From Eledone cirrhosa (lineage: Eukaryota): a stretch of DNA of 64,000 nucleotides. The notes under the pieces are model-generated. The model was not told the DNA's origin. It did no database searches and was given only the letters and a program-made list of their open reading frames with translations. Both the position numbers and the translations under genes were made by a program. The stretch covers positions 80,787-144,786 of the forward strand of contig CAXHJY010001328.1 in the NCBI GenBank assembly GCA_964016885.1, written 5' to 3'. Below, in pieces: positions 14,116 through 27,272 of the stretch (within the stretch, counting starts at the first letter, position 1; every line of letters starts with the position of its first letter).

Positions 14116-17100
14116 GGAAATGTCTTCATTCTTCTTACGACGATTTTTTTAAATGTCAGTAAGGGAAGATAACCAATTAGCACAAGCCAGAGAATTTATT
14201 TTTGCAGCACTCTTCCTGTGAGAAAATCCATTCGGAGGTTGGAAATTTCACGACATACCACAGAACAGAAACCACCTGCATTCATTCTCTGGAACACACT
14301 TTCTTTCCTGCTGTCATGTGATTGCACACCTGTGAACTATATTTTGTACATTTGAACTTTGAGCTCTTCTCTTACTTTATTACATTGTATCTTTGGGTGA
14401 TGGATAGATAGATGTCCAGCCGTTCTCTGGCCAAGAGCGGTTGGCTACCTTGACATCTATCATTGATTTTTGCAAACATTCTTTTGTCGTAATTTTCATG
14501 CCTGTTACAACATTCTCGCCAACTTGCTACATATTTCATTCGATTTTTATATTCTAAAATTCTGGCGTGAGGTTATGTAGCAGTTGCCTCCCTTGTGACT
14601 CACAACCCCAATAGATTAACAACATCTAGACGGGAAGTAGAACCCTTTCTGTAACTTCCGGTCAGAACCCTATAAAACTAACAACTTTAAGTTCTCACTC
14701 TCTCATTTGCCCTTCCGGCGCCTGGCCTTCGCCAGGCGTCTTCTGCCAGCCTGCGTTTGCCTGGCAATCAAAACGGTAACTACTAACTTTGCTCCATTCT
14801 TTCGTTTATTCATTGACATGTCAACTATACTGTTAAATTGTTGATTAAATATTATACACACAAACCATGTCTCCTTGTTACATTCATACAACCCAGTATC
14901 TCCGCTATAAAGCTATCGATGACCAAATTGAAGTTGAAATGTCAAAGCTAACGACTGGTATTATAGCTGAAAAACTACGAGAACTATGGATCAGAGATAT
15001 CTCAAAAGAAGAAAACAAATCAAGAAAGGTATGGCAGCAGAAGCAATTATTTCTCGACGAATATGCTGCAAATTACGGTAAAGACTCGGGAACCCTGAGA
15101 AAAAGCATTAAAAGTGGACAATCTCACCAACACAACATACGCCAGAACACGTGCCAACACAAACACTCACCTTACCTTGAATCAAAGAAGAACTGCGGTA
15201 ATAACTCTTCGTTTTTTCTACAAAAACACCCTATCGCACACAACATGAACAAAAAGCACAAACACGATAGATATTCCTTTGACCAGACCATGAGAAGTAG
15301 TAAAACCAGGAGATCATTCTCAAGATCTCAACAGAGACTACCCACAAGGAATGTGGAAACAAAACGTAGAATAACCAGATCACTCTCAAGATCTCAACAG
15401 AGATTACCCACAAGAAATGGAAAAATAATATACATAATACCAAAAATAGGACAAAATACATAACGAAACCAAATATAATATCACGACCAAAAGTTCATCA
15501 AGCGAACACCAACAGGAATATAAATCCTGAACAGAGAAAAATCCATTTTTTAACGTCAGGACAACAAAAACTGGAAAAAGAAAAACTCCAGAAGGAAACA
15601 TACCCAAAACAACTGTACCCGTAGATCCTAAAATAATTAATTTATCCAAAAGAGATCTTGACAATGATGAAATGCAAATTCTGTCAAAAGGACTGAAATT
15701 CACACCGACTCCTACAGTCAACCACCAAGAACTGAAGGAGGATACCCAAGAATTCTGTCGAAAATTACGTCTTGTAGAATTCTTCGCTGATAAAAGTAAT
15801 GAGAGTGATGAATCACTAGTAAAGAATAAATCAAATTTCACTCCCCCAAAAGGAAGAAATATCTATCTCGACCAATACATTGATATCCTGTTTAAATTTC
15901 CTCTTAGACGTAATACTAATGTTAGACCAAACATTAACAAATCAGAAATGTCTGCACTTAAACGTATACAAAATGATAAAACAATAATAATTAAACAAGC
16001 AGATAAAGGGGGTGCAGTTGTTATAATGGATGCTGAATACTACAAGGATTTGGTTGAGGAACAACTGAAAGACACAACATTCTATCATGAAATACCGTCA
16101 AATATAGACCACAACATCATGAAGAAGATCAACAACCTGGCTTCAAAATACCACAACTCACTTACTGATAAGGAAAGAGACTACATCACTAATTTTGAGC
16201 CAAAACCCAGCAACCTGTATGGCCTACCGAAAGTTCATAAGTCAAAAGAAATACAACTGGCAGTAAGAGAACAAAACAGTGAGTACATTAAATTACTACA
16301 CCCAAAAGACTTAAAACTTAGACCTATTATAGCTGGTCCAACATGCCCACCCACCGTCTAAGCAATTTTGTTGACATTATTTTGAAACCACTATGTATTC
16401 ACATAGCCAGTTTCATCCGGGATGATATCGACTTCCTGTCCCATCTTCCCAAAACCACGGAAACGAATTCACTTCTACTTAGTTTTGATGTGGTAAGCCT
16501 TTACACCAACATTACACATGATTTAGGAATAAAGGCGGTTAAATACTGGGTGGAAAAACATAGAGAAGTGATTCCCATCAGATTCACAGCGCCATTTATA
16601 TTAGACGCAGTTAAACTTATTCTGGAAAACAACACGAAGTTTTCTCCCGTTTACGCGAACTCTGTAATGGGATACTTAGAACAACAACTCTACCAAGAAA
16701 TAGAGGAAAAATATAGTACTGACTTTAGAAAGTACATTGAAAAATCTTGGAAGAGATACCTTGACTACTGTTTCATCATCTGGACAGAATCTCTAGATAC
16801 TCTGGATGAGTTCAATATCCTCCTGAATAACCTACACCCATCTCTCCAATTCACAAAAGAGATGAGTAGGACCAAATTACCATTCCTAGATATAATGATA
16901 ATCAAAAACGACACCACCATTACCACGGATATATATTATAAACACACAGACACCCATCAATATCTGAATTTTAAGTCGTGCCATCCACCTCATACAAAAC
17001 GCAACATCCCATACTGCCTAGCCAGAAGAATTTGTACCATTGTAGAAGATACGAATACCATGTACAAACGCCTAACAGAACTAAGAGAATTTTTGCTCAA

Positions 17101-17194
17101 ACAAAAATACCCATCTCTACTTATAGAAAATGGCATACAGTGGGCTTTAAAAATACCTATACAACAACTTAGGACAACCCAAGGAAGAAGAAAC

Positions 17195-19325
17195 TGTAGC
17201 AAGAGTTGCCTCCCTTGTCATGACAATCACATCACCGCTCTCTAGACAGGAAGTAGCTGGAGTTACTTCCCGTTGGAGTGATAGAACCCTTTTTGTCACT
17301 TCCGGCCGGACCCTATAAAAGGAACAGGTTAGGACGATCTCTCCCTCTCGCCTCCTGAATCCCAAAGTGTTAGCAACACCTGTGACCTTGTCATGAAATG
17401 ATTCCTCTCTCATTTGCCTTTTCGGCCAGGCGTCTTCGGCCAGCCGCGTTCGCCTGGCAACCAAACGGTAACTAATAACTTTGCTTCATTCTTTCATCTA
17501 TTCATTGACATGTCAACTATACTGTTCTATATAACCACAAATTGTTGATTAAATATTATACACACAAACCACGTCTCTCTTGTTATATTCATACACACCA
17601 GTAAATTGCTATAAGTGGTGACCCCGAAAAAAAGAAAAAAATAGCAGAATCTGGTGTTGTGTGAGTAACATTACGAATACGCAGCAAATTGTATTGACAA
17701 ACTAGGAAAATACGCAGACACAGAAATGAACACACGCACATGTGAAATTCTCGTTCAGGCAGACTCTTTTTCTCTTACAAACGTGTCGTACATCAACTAA
17801 CTCTCGCATTTCACTGTATATATATATATAAGAAATTTGTTTTTTTTTACACATTTCAACATGAACATTTATTTTCGATGAATCTCAACTATTGCCTTTT
17901 TTCATCGTTTTCTTCATCGTTCAAGTTTTTTTCATCGTTCACAAAAAGAATTGAACTCGCCATATTTGTTATACTAAGTGAAGCCTTTCTTTCTTTTTCA
18001 TCATATTGTCACTTTCACACACACATTTTTTCAAAATGGCTGCCAACGACCTGTTGCACTATCATTTTCGCGCCATTTTCTCGCGCAATAGAAATATTTT
18101 TTTTTCAACTTAACCTTGTTTTGGCACGTGTAGGCAGCACAATTCTCGACTCACGGAGATAACCACACGCCACAGATAACGTTTCTCGCCAAGGATTCTC
18201 CAGCCTTAAGCTATATTCTCCTATTTGCCGGTTTAAAAATTTACCACGTAAATTTGCCGTTGAAAACTACGCATTTATTCAGAATGCTTATTTCTTTGGT
18301 CGCTGGCCTCTTGACTCTTCCAGGTCAACGCATTCTCAACATCGACCATCAACTTCGGCTGTTATTTCTAGCACTTTTCGCAACTCATTTTTTCTTGAAA
18401 ATTTTTTTACTGTGAATTTAAACATCGAATACGCTCACTCCGCGAGACAACTACATCAACAGCAAGACAGCTTCATCAACAACCAAAAACCAGCAGAACA
18501 AGCCAGAGAATTTATTTCTGCAGCACTCTTCCTGTGAGAAATTCCCTTCGGAAGTTGGAAATTTCACGTTATACCGCAGACCAGAAACCACCTGCATTCA
18601 TTCTCTGGAACACATTCTTTCCTGCTGTCATGTGATTGCACACATGTGAACTGTATTTTGAACATTTGATCTCTTCTCTTACTTTGATTACATTGTATCT
18701 TTGAGTGATGGATAGATAGTTCTCTGGCCAAGAGCGGTTGGCTACCTTGATATCTATCATTGATTTTTGCATGCATATATTTTACGGTTTTCCTTTTATT
18801 GCAAATATTATTTTTTCTCATAATTTTCATGCCTCTTACATGCTCGCCATCTTACTCCATGCATGTTTCATTCGATTTTTATGTTTTAAAAATCTGGCGG
18901 AGGTAATGTAGCAAGAGTTGCCTCCCTTGTCATGACAATCACACCACCGCTCTCTAGACAGGAAGTAGCTGGAGTTACTTACCGTTGGGGTGATAGAACC
19001 CTTTTTGTCACTTCCGGCCGGACCCTATAAAAGGAACAGGTTAGGACGATCCCTCCCTCTCGCCTCCTGAATCCCAAAGTGTTAACAACACCTGCGACCT
19101 TGTCATGAGATGATTCCTCTCTCATTTGCCTTTTCGGCCAGGCGTCTTCGGCCAGCCGCGTTCGCCTGGCAACCAAACGGTAACTAATAACTTTGCTTCA
19201 TTCTTTCATCTATTCATTGGCATGGCAACTATACTGTTCTGTATAACCACAAATTGTTGATTAAATATTATACACACAAACCACGTCTCTCTTGTTATAT
19301 TCATATACACCAGTAAATTGCTATA
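17195..19325 (+). mobile_element. Non-autonomous Ty3/Gypsy LTR element B
   Basis: 419-bp LTRs at 17195-17613 and 18907-19325 (about 11 differences by eye), TSD AAAC, 12-nt tRNA-Trp PBS at 17616-17627. The 3' internal region is homologous to that of element A. Confidence 0.95.
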
Positions 19326-20299
19326 AAACCAAGAACTGGTCATACCATTTATAATGACACACAACCCATGTCACCAGAATATCTTCAACACTGCCAAATA
19401 AACCTACCGATCATTGCTCAAAGTAATGAATTAAAAGGCTTAATCACAGATCGATCTTTGACTCTTAGTAAAAGACAGCCGAAAAATTTGAAGCAATTAC
19501 TAACAAAAGCAAAGTTTGACCTTAACAACAAAGACCAATCATTCACTGTATCTAAATGCAATGATAGTCGATGCGGCACATGTCAATCCATACACGCCGG
19601 GAATATATATGAAAACAAAAACTGGAAAAATATTCCCAAATGCAAATATGAACTGCAAAAGCAGAAATCTAATTTACTGCATTAAATGCCCGAATTGTGA
19701 AGAACTATATGTCGGTCAAACTGGAAATGCACTATCGGAACGTGCACGGGTACACCATCAGCAAATCAGAGACCCAAATGTCCGTCAGATACCCCTAAGT
19801 AACCATCTAGCAACATGTGGTCAGGGAATATTTATAATATTCCCATTCTACAAATTACACAGCCCAAGTGAAATCAAGAGAAAAATCAAAGAAAAGAATT
19901 TTATTGATAAATTCAAACCCAAGCTAAATGAACAATAATAATGCTAAGGGGTATTACTTCTACTATGACTATGACTACGACCACTAACAACAACAATAAT
20001 AATAATAAAAGTGATGTTGATGGTGATGATTACTAGAAAATGCTATTTTCATCATTTCTAAAGATAGCAAAACAATTGATGCTTTGGATAGGATCAATTA
20101 GTGGTCGTTAGACATGCTCAACCAACCGTGACGCCTAAATCAATCAGCTTTAGTAATTCAGTGAAACTACAGACCGATTGGTCGAAATACAGTTTGCAAG
20201 ATTTAGCATTCTGGAGCCACTTTTCACTGTATATAAGGTACAAAATTTACCCATCTCATTTCAGTTGAAAATTGCAAACTTGACTGACACCACACATTA

Positions 20300-20338
20300 T
20301 GAACCTGAAGATTGCGAAAGCATGAAAGTACTTGTTCA
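20300..20338 (+). ncRNA. Minimal type I hammerhead ribozyme at the PLE 3' pLTR
   Basis: tgaac-CTGAAGA-t-tgc gaaa gca-t-GAAA-gtac-TT-gttca; palindromic stem III AGTACT. Confidence 0.85.
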
Positions 20339-20502
20339 ATTAACACTTAACATTTAATATTCTATCATAGTATTTCATTATAATACCATTATAAATTTTA
20401 AAGGATTGTAAATAAAACGAGTAAATCAGAATAAGTTGGAATTCCTCTTATTAATATAATCTTCTATACACAATCATACACACCCGTGTATATTTATCTA
20501 TC

Positions 20503-20535
<33 letters not shown>

Positions 20536-20699
20536 TTGTATTTGTATTAATTTGTATTAATAATTACATATATATATATATTTGTAATTTATATTTGTAT
20601 TAATCTCCAGAGTCTAGCTATTGAGCAGTTAATTTTATTGATTTTTTCAGTTACTTATATTGACTGTTGAATAGCTCTGTTATATTTAACTAGTCTGTC

Positions 20700-21181
20700 G
20701 AGAGTTTTATTCGATTTGTAATATTTTGCATTCTCGCAATAATACACAACTGAATCATTCGCTTAATAGAGGTGTTACCTCCCTTGCCGAATCCCACGAG
20801 GGGTCAGTAATAGCCACACTTTCTATAACATCTTGGAGTAAAACCCGGTGATAACACGACTTCCTTGTTCATCATCTCACCAGAAGCCCAACATTCTTTA
20901 TGTAGGCGGACAGTACCTGATTTTGGAGTCGCAGAAACCAATACTGGATTTTACCATCAGTCCAGGGTCCGGGAAAGTATCAACACATATATTTTTATTG
21001 TTTGACCCGAATTACTTGGTCGTTTTGTTTTGGCTGAGCGGATGATATGTTTAACCATCATCTCAGTGTGTTTGGCCCTTAACGTATGTTGTAGCTCTGA
21101 TTCATATGATTCATCGAGCGCTTGCCACACATATCGGACGTTGATTTTCGTTAATTCCTGAGCTGAAAACGATTCTCACTA

Positions 21182-21185
<4 letters not shown>
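20700..21185. repeat. Unclassified non-coding interspersed element, copy 1
   Basis: Colinear with 62590-63065 (ctcccttgc, gcagaaacc, gggtccggg, tgacccgaat, gccacacatatcgga, cgttaattc.tgagctg). Confidence 0.7.
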
Positions 21186-21249
<64 letters not shown>

Positions 21250-21280
21250 AGTGTAATTTTCTACACAAAGCGAAGGTTAT

Positions 21281-21551
21281 AGAGAAAATTGAGGTTGGTA
21301 ATGGCACATGGAATATATAAGAGACAGAATACTTTTTTGTGAAAAAACATAATTTTATAAGGTAAGGAAATAATAAAGGGTATAAAAAATGACCGGTTTC
21401 GATGGGTCTGCAAAAGCCATCTTTTCAAATGTTGATTAATATTAAGAAAAATTAATAATACGAAGAGTTAAAATTTGAGACTTGAAAATTCAAGTATAAA
21501 ATTCATTGTGGGATTTCATAGCAGTTTTGGATGTATGTGTATGTATATATA

Positions 21552-21602
<51 letters not shown>

Positions 21603-21665
21603 ATGTGTATATATATATATGTGTGTGTGTGTATGTATATGTATGTGTGTGTGTATGTATGTGTG

Positions 21666-21704
<39 letters not shown>

Positions 21705-22197
21705 GTATATGTATGTATGTGTGGATGAAGGTATGTGTGTATATATAGGTGTAAGTGCACTAAATCCCTTTCTATCACGCTCCACTCTCCTACCCATCAC
21801 AGGAAGATATGTGTATGTATATTGCTTCCACCTCCTCACTGACCAGCAGCTGGCGATTGCTAAATCTGACCTTTATAAAATAACCCACACCCCAAATAAC
21901 TTCTCATTCATTACCAGAAAGGGACACAGCAGTCAACCTGTTGTTGCTACCAAGATGAAAACTGCTATGAAATCCCACAATGAATTTTATACTTGAATTT
22001 TCAAGTCTCAAATTTTAACTCTTCGTATTATTAATTTTTCTTAATATTAATCAACATTTGAAAAGATGGCTTTTGCAGACCCATCGAAACCGGTCATTTT
22101 TTATACCCTTTATTATTTCCTTACCTTATAAAATTATGTTTTTTCACAAAAAAGTATTCTGTCTCTTATATATTCCATGTGCCATTACCAACCTCAA

Positions 22198-22205
<8 letters not shown>
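21281..22205. mobile_element. PLE pLTR remnant as inverted repeat (arms 21281-21528 and 21958-22205)
   Basis: ~248-bp near-perfect inverted arms, each containing a hammerhead motif. Confidence 0.85.
22053..22100 (+). ncRNA. Hammerhead ribozyme, U3/A8 core variant (mirror copy at 21386-21433, minus strand)
   Basis: aacat-TTGAAAA-gatgg..ccatc-GAAA-ccgg-TC-atttt; stem I is weak. Confidence 0.7.
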
Positions 22206-22273
<68 letters not shown>

Positions 22274-22295
22274 ATATATACATATATATATATAC

Positions 22296-22473
<178 letters not shown>

Positions 22474-22485
22474 ACATATATATGT

Positions 22486-22829
22486 GGAGGCACATGGCTT
22501 AGTGGTTAGAGCATTGGCCTTGCAATCGAAAGGTTGTAAGTTCAATTCTCAGACGGGTGATGTGTTGCTTCCTTGAGCAGGTCACTTTATTTCACATTGC
22601 TCCAGTTTACTCAGCTGTAGAAATGAGATGATAGGGACTGGGGTCCATATCATTCCACTGCAAAGTGGTCGTGGAGGTGCCACGGCAAAAAAGCACCCAG
22701 CACTCACTGTAAATGAGGTTGGTGTTAGGAAGGGCATCCAGCTGTAGAAATCAAGCCAGAATCAGTTCCCGTCCCACTCTTGCAAGCAGGGAAAAAGCGG
22801 ACGTAAAATGAAATGATGATAATGATGAT
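22486..22829 (+). mobile_element. tRNA-derived SINE with CORE-like middle and RTE tail
   Basis: A/B boxes, ccttgagcaggtcactttatttcacattgctccagtttactcagctgtagaaatgag, RTE 3' UTR, (GAT)n. Confidence 0.9.
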
Positions 22830-22839
22830 ATATATATAC

Positions 22840-22872
<33 letters not shown>

Positions 22873-22885
22873 CATATATATATAC

Positions 22886-22932
<47 letters not shown>

Positions 22933-22933
22933 C

Positions 22934-22964
<31 letters not shown>

Positions 22965-23221
22965 CATATATATACATATACACATATATATATACATATA
23001 TATATATATACATATATATACATATACATATATATATATATATATACATATATATACATATACATATATATACATATATATATACATATATATACATATA
23101 TATATATACATATATATATATACATATATATAAACTAATATGTATGTGATGAAACACAGATACCAACACATCTGTATATATATTATACATATATATACAT
23201 ATACATATATATACATATACA

Positions 23222-23506
23222 TATTGTTATACTTTGGGAGGGTCATGTTGCCAATAAGAAACACACGCACCAGTTGCTTTCACTTCAATTTATTATAATA
23301 AATTTATAAATTTATAAATTTATAAATTTCTGGTTGGTTGGTTGGTTCCACAACCAGATAGTTGTTTATATATTGTCATAGTTCTTTCGTCACACACTCT
23401 GTGACCTCTTCAGTGACTGGGGATTCTGAGGTCACAGAGTGTGTGACGAAAGAACTATGACAATATATAAACAACTATCTGGTTGTGGAACCAACCAACC
23501 AACCAG
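23222..23506. mobile_element. Solo pLTR of the PLE at 60.3-62.0 kb, folded back
   Basis: 23222-23426 matches 60338-60545; 23428-23506 is an inverted partial copy. HHR at 23375-23417 on the minus strand. Confidence 0.9.
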
Positions 23507-24632
23507 GAGGATGCAGAACAATTATATGAAAGACGTAAAATAAAATTTTAAAAATTAAAAATTAAAAATTAAAAATTAACTTACTTACTACCTAGGTACT
23601 ATGACATAACTTATGTATTTGCTAGCATTAGTGTACATCTGTACGCATATGCTGGTAAATATACTAATTCTCTATATTTATCTCCAAATTATTTATTTGT
23701 CGAGCAAACTTGCCAAATCCACTACTAATTCATTGTAGTGGTAGTAGGCTTTTGTCATTATACCATCCCACTCCTTCTGACTAGCCTCAGTGTCACGTGA
23801 TTGATTCTTTAGAATCTGCCATTTGACCAGAGACAGTGAACTTTTTCAGTGCTATGGAATTCAGTCCCCGCTAGCTGTTCCATCCACCGAATTATTATTT
23901 TTATATGAGTCCCTAGTGTCCACGCATTGCCTGGAGTCTTAGCTGAGAATAGACTCCCCGATGACGTAATGAATTCTCGATGGTTACATTGCGTAACTCT
24001 CTTTATCCCATTACAGAAACTAATTAGTTGGAGTGAAAATTTTAGTAAGTAAGTTAATTTTTAATTTTTAATTTTTCTTATTTTACGTCTTTCATATAAT
24101 TGTTCTGCATCCTCCTGCATTGAACCACCTAGGTACTATGACATAACTTATGTATTTGCTAGCATTAGTGTACATCTGTACGCATATGTTGGTAAATATA
24201 CTAATTCTCTATAATTATCTCCAAATTATTTATTTGTTGAGCAAACGTGCCAAATCCACTACTAATTCATTGTAGTGGTAGTAGGCTTTTGTCATTATAC
24301 CATCCCACTCCTTCTGACTAGCCTCAGTGTCACGTGATTGATTCTTTAGAATCTGCCATTTGACCAGAGACAGTGAACTTTTTCAGTGCTATGGAATTCA
24401 GTCCCCGCTAGCTGTTCCATCCACCGAATTATTATTTTTATATGAGTCCCTAGTGTTCGCGCATTGCCTGGAGACTTAGCTGAGAATAGACTCCCTGATG
24501 ACGTAATGAATTCTCGATGGTTACATTGCGGAACTATCTTTATCCCATTACAGAAACTAATTAGTTGGAGTGAAAATTTTAGTAAGTTAATTTTTAATTT
24601 TTAAAATGTTCTTATTTTACGTATTTCATATA
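23504..24632 (+). mobile_element. Retrozyme-like element: ~2 tandem 537-bp non-coding units with HHR, plus a 5' inverted piece
   Basis: cctaggtactatg at 23591 and 24128. HHRs at 23953-24034 (core CCGATGA, mutated) and 24490-24571. 23504-23590 is an inverted copy of ~24043-24117. Confidence 0.85.
24490..24571 (+). ncRNA. Type I hammerhead ribozyme with extended stem II
   Basis: actcc-CTGATGA-c-gtaatg...cattac-a-GAAA-ctaattag-TT-ggagt; palindromic stem III. Confidence 0.88.
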
Positions 24633-24668
24633 TATACATATATATATATACATATATAGATATACATA

Positions 24669-24736
<68 letters not shown>

Positions 24737-24757
24737 CATATATATATATGTATATAT

Positions 24758-26948
24758 AAACAGGAGGTATTCAAGATTGCGAGGCAGCGTGTCAGAGATA
24801 GTTGTGATGTCATTGGAGAGAAGTGTATCCGGAATGATAAAGGTGAGCTTGCCCTCACAAGTGCTGAGAAGAAAGATGCATGGAAGAGTCATTATGATAC
24901 ATTACTAAATGAGGAGAATGCATGGGAAGAAGAGACCCTACCCCAAGTAGACCCTATAGAGGGACCAGCAGTACAAGTCAGCAGCAGCGTAGTAAGTAAG
25001 GCAATCAAAGATATGAAGATGGGGAAGGCAACCGGTCCATCGGGTATAGCTGCCGAGATGCTGAAGGCATCTGGGTCTGTAGGTCACACTATAACCACAC
25101 GTATCGTTAACCAGGTAATACTAGAAGGGGCCATACCAAAAGATTGGTGCAGTAGCATCATTGTCAACTGCTACAAAGGCAAAGGCGATGCACTAGATAG
25201 AGGAAACTATAGAGGTATAAAGTTGATGGACCAGGTCATGAAAGTAACAGAAAGAGTTATAGCACAGCTGATTAGGGACCGGGTGAATATAGACGAGATG
25301 CAATTTGGGTTTGTACCAGGAAAAATCACCACTGATGCCCTCTTCCTTGTGAGGCAATTACAGGAAAAGTACCTAGCTAAAAGTAAGCCACTCTACTTGG
25401 CATTTGTCGACCTTGAGAAAGCCTTTGACAGAGTTCCACGTGCTGTAATCTGGTGGGCTCTTAGAAAACTAGGAGTAGATGAATGGCTTGTGAAAGCGGT
25501 ACAAGCCATGTATAGGGGAGCAGTCAGCAAAGTTAGGATTAGCAATGAGTATAGCGAGGAATTTAGCGTACAGGTTGGGGTCCACCAGGGCTCTGTTCTT
25601 AGCCCTCTCCTGTTCATCATAGTCCTGCAGGCAATAACGGAGGAGTTTAAGACCGGATGCCCATGGGAACTCCTGTATGCTGATGACCTCGCACTCATAG
25701 CTGAATCTATGGTAGAACGAGAGAATAAATTCCAAACCTGGAAGCAGGGACTAGAGAGAAAGGGTCTCAAAGTCAACATGACCAAGACTAAGGTCCTTGT
25801 AAGTAGACGAGAAAACAGAACCCAGACCCCCTCGGGGAAATGGCCTTGCTCAGTATGTAGGAAAGGTGTAGGTAGGAACTCCATTCTCTGCCCCAAATGC
25901 AAACAATGGGTACACAAGAGATGTAGCGGGATCTCAGGAAGCTTAATTAACAATGTAGGATTCACATGCAGCAGCTGTGCTGAAATAGCAAGCAGTAAGC
26001 AGCCACAGGAAACAATTACCACCAATCTCTGGGAGGGCCCTGTAGAAACAGTAGACAGCTTCTGCTACCTAGGTGACCGAATTAGCAACGGAGGTGGGTG
26101 TTCAGAAAGTACAATAACTAGGGTAAGAACGGGATGGAAGAAGTTTAGGGAACTACTACCACTGCTAGCTGCAAAAGGCTTCTCCCTCAGAATGAAAGAC
26201 AGACTGTATGATGCATGTATCCGAACAGCGATGTTGCATGGTAGTGAGACCTGGGCGCTGAAGGTGGAAGACTTACGTAGATTAGAGAGAAACGAAGCCT
26301 GCATGTTCCGATGGATGTGTAACAGTAATATACGTGAACGACAAAGCATAAATGAATTGAGAGAGAGACTGAGCATAAGAGGAATCAAATGCTGTGTGCA
26401 GGAGAGGCGGTTGCGCTGGTATGGACATGTGATGCGTATGAAGGATGACAGCTGCATAAAAAGGTGCAGAGCACTAGAAGTTGATGGAAACCGCGGAGTG
26501 GGGAGACCCAAGATGACCTGGGATGAGGTGATAAAAGCCGACCTTACCCAATTACACCTCTTAAAGACAATGACACATGACCGTGACTTCTGGCGTCATG
26601 CAGTAATACAGAGTACCCGACCTCCCATGGGTACATGCTGAAGCATATAAACAATATGCCCCCACACCCCCCACCGCAAGGTGGTCGTGGAGGTGCCACG
26701 GCAAAAAAGCACCCAGCCCACACTGTACAGTGGACGTGTAGGCGCCACGAAAAAGCACCCAGCACTCACTATAAATGAGGTTGGTGTTAGTAAGGGCATC
26801 CAGCTGTAGAAATCAAGCCAGATCAGTTCCTGTATGAGCAAGGCATGGTCAGCCGACCAGACACTGCACACAACAGGACAACCCGTCTAACCCATGCTAG
26901 CGTGGAAGAACGGACGTAAAACGGTGATGATGATGATGATGATGATGA
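24758..26948 (+). mobile_element. 5'-truncated RTE LINE with an uninterrupted RT reading frame (24758-26641)
   Basis: The 542-aa ORF extends open upstream to the (TA)n junction. It has all RT motifs and no APE domain; 3' UTR and (GAT)n tail follow. Confidence 0.96.
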
Positions 26949-27059
26949 TATATATATACATATATATATATACACATATATATATATACATATATATATA
27001 TATACATATATATACATATATATATATACATATATATATATACATATACATATATATAC

Positions 27060-27172
<113 letters not shown>

Positions 27173-27237
27173 CATATATATATATATACATATATATATA
27201 TACATGTATATATATACATATATATATATATACATAC

Positions 27238-27269
<32 letters not shown>

Positions 27270-27272
<3 letters not shown>

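Larger units (their letters stand above)
13317..14909 (+). mobile_element. Non-autonomous Ty3/Gypsy LTR element A
   Basis: 334-bp LTRs at 13317-13650 and 14576-14909 (one difference seen), 4-bp TSD AAGC, PBS at 13652, weak PPT before 14576. Confidence 0.95.
12754..19938 (+). pseudogene. PLE RT + GIY-YIG endonuclease pseudogene
   Basis: Stops and frameshifts, catalytic YLDD changed to YLDY, and the QxxGxAMG motif deleted near 16630. The reading frame rejoins across both LTR insertions (KYEA|IDDQ; GRRN|QELVIPF). Confidence 0.9.
12553..20503 (+). mobile_element. Near full-length Penelope-like element (Neptune-like) with direct pLTRs, interrupted by two LTR elements
   Basis: Direct repeat 12553-~12718 = 20338-20503. 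Broken ORF from 12754: IINLSKRDL..LSKGLKFTPTP, KQADKGG, YGLPKVHK, SFDVVSLYT, WKRYLDY, then GIY-YIG NLIYCIKC..CEELYVGQTG ending at 19938. Confidence 0.93.

Noticed and set aside
18030-18400. gag remnant in LTR element B (LFWHV*AAQFSTHG resembling LWF.Q.EAQF..G)
   Set aside because: Too short and degenerate to annotate without a profile search.
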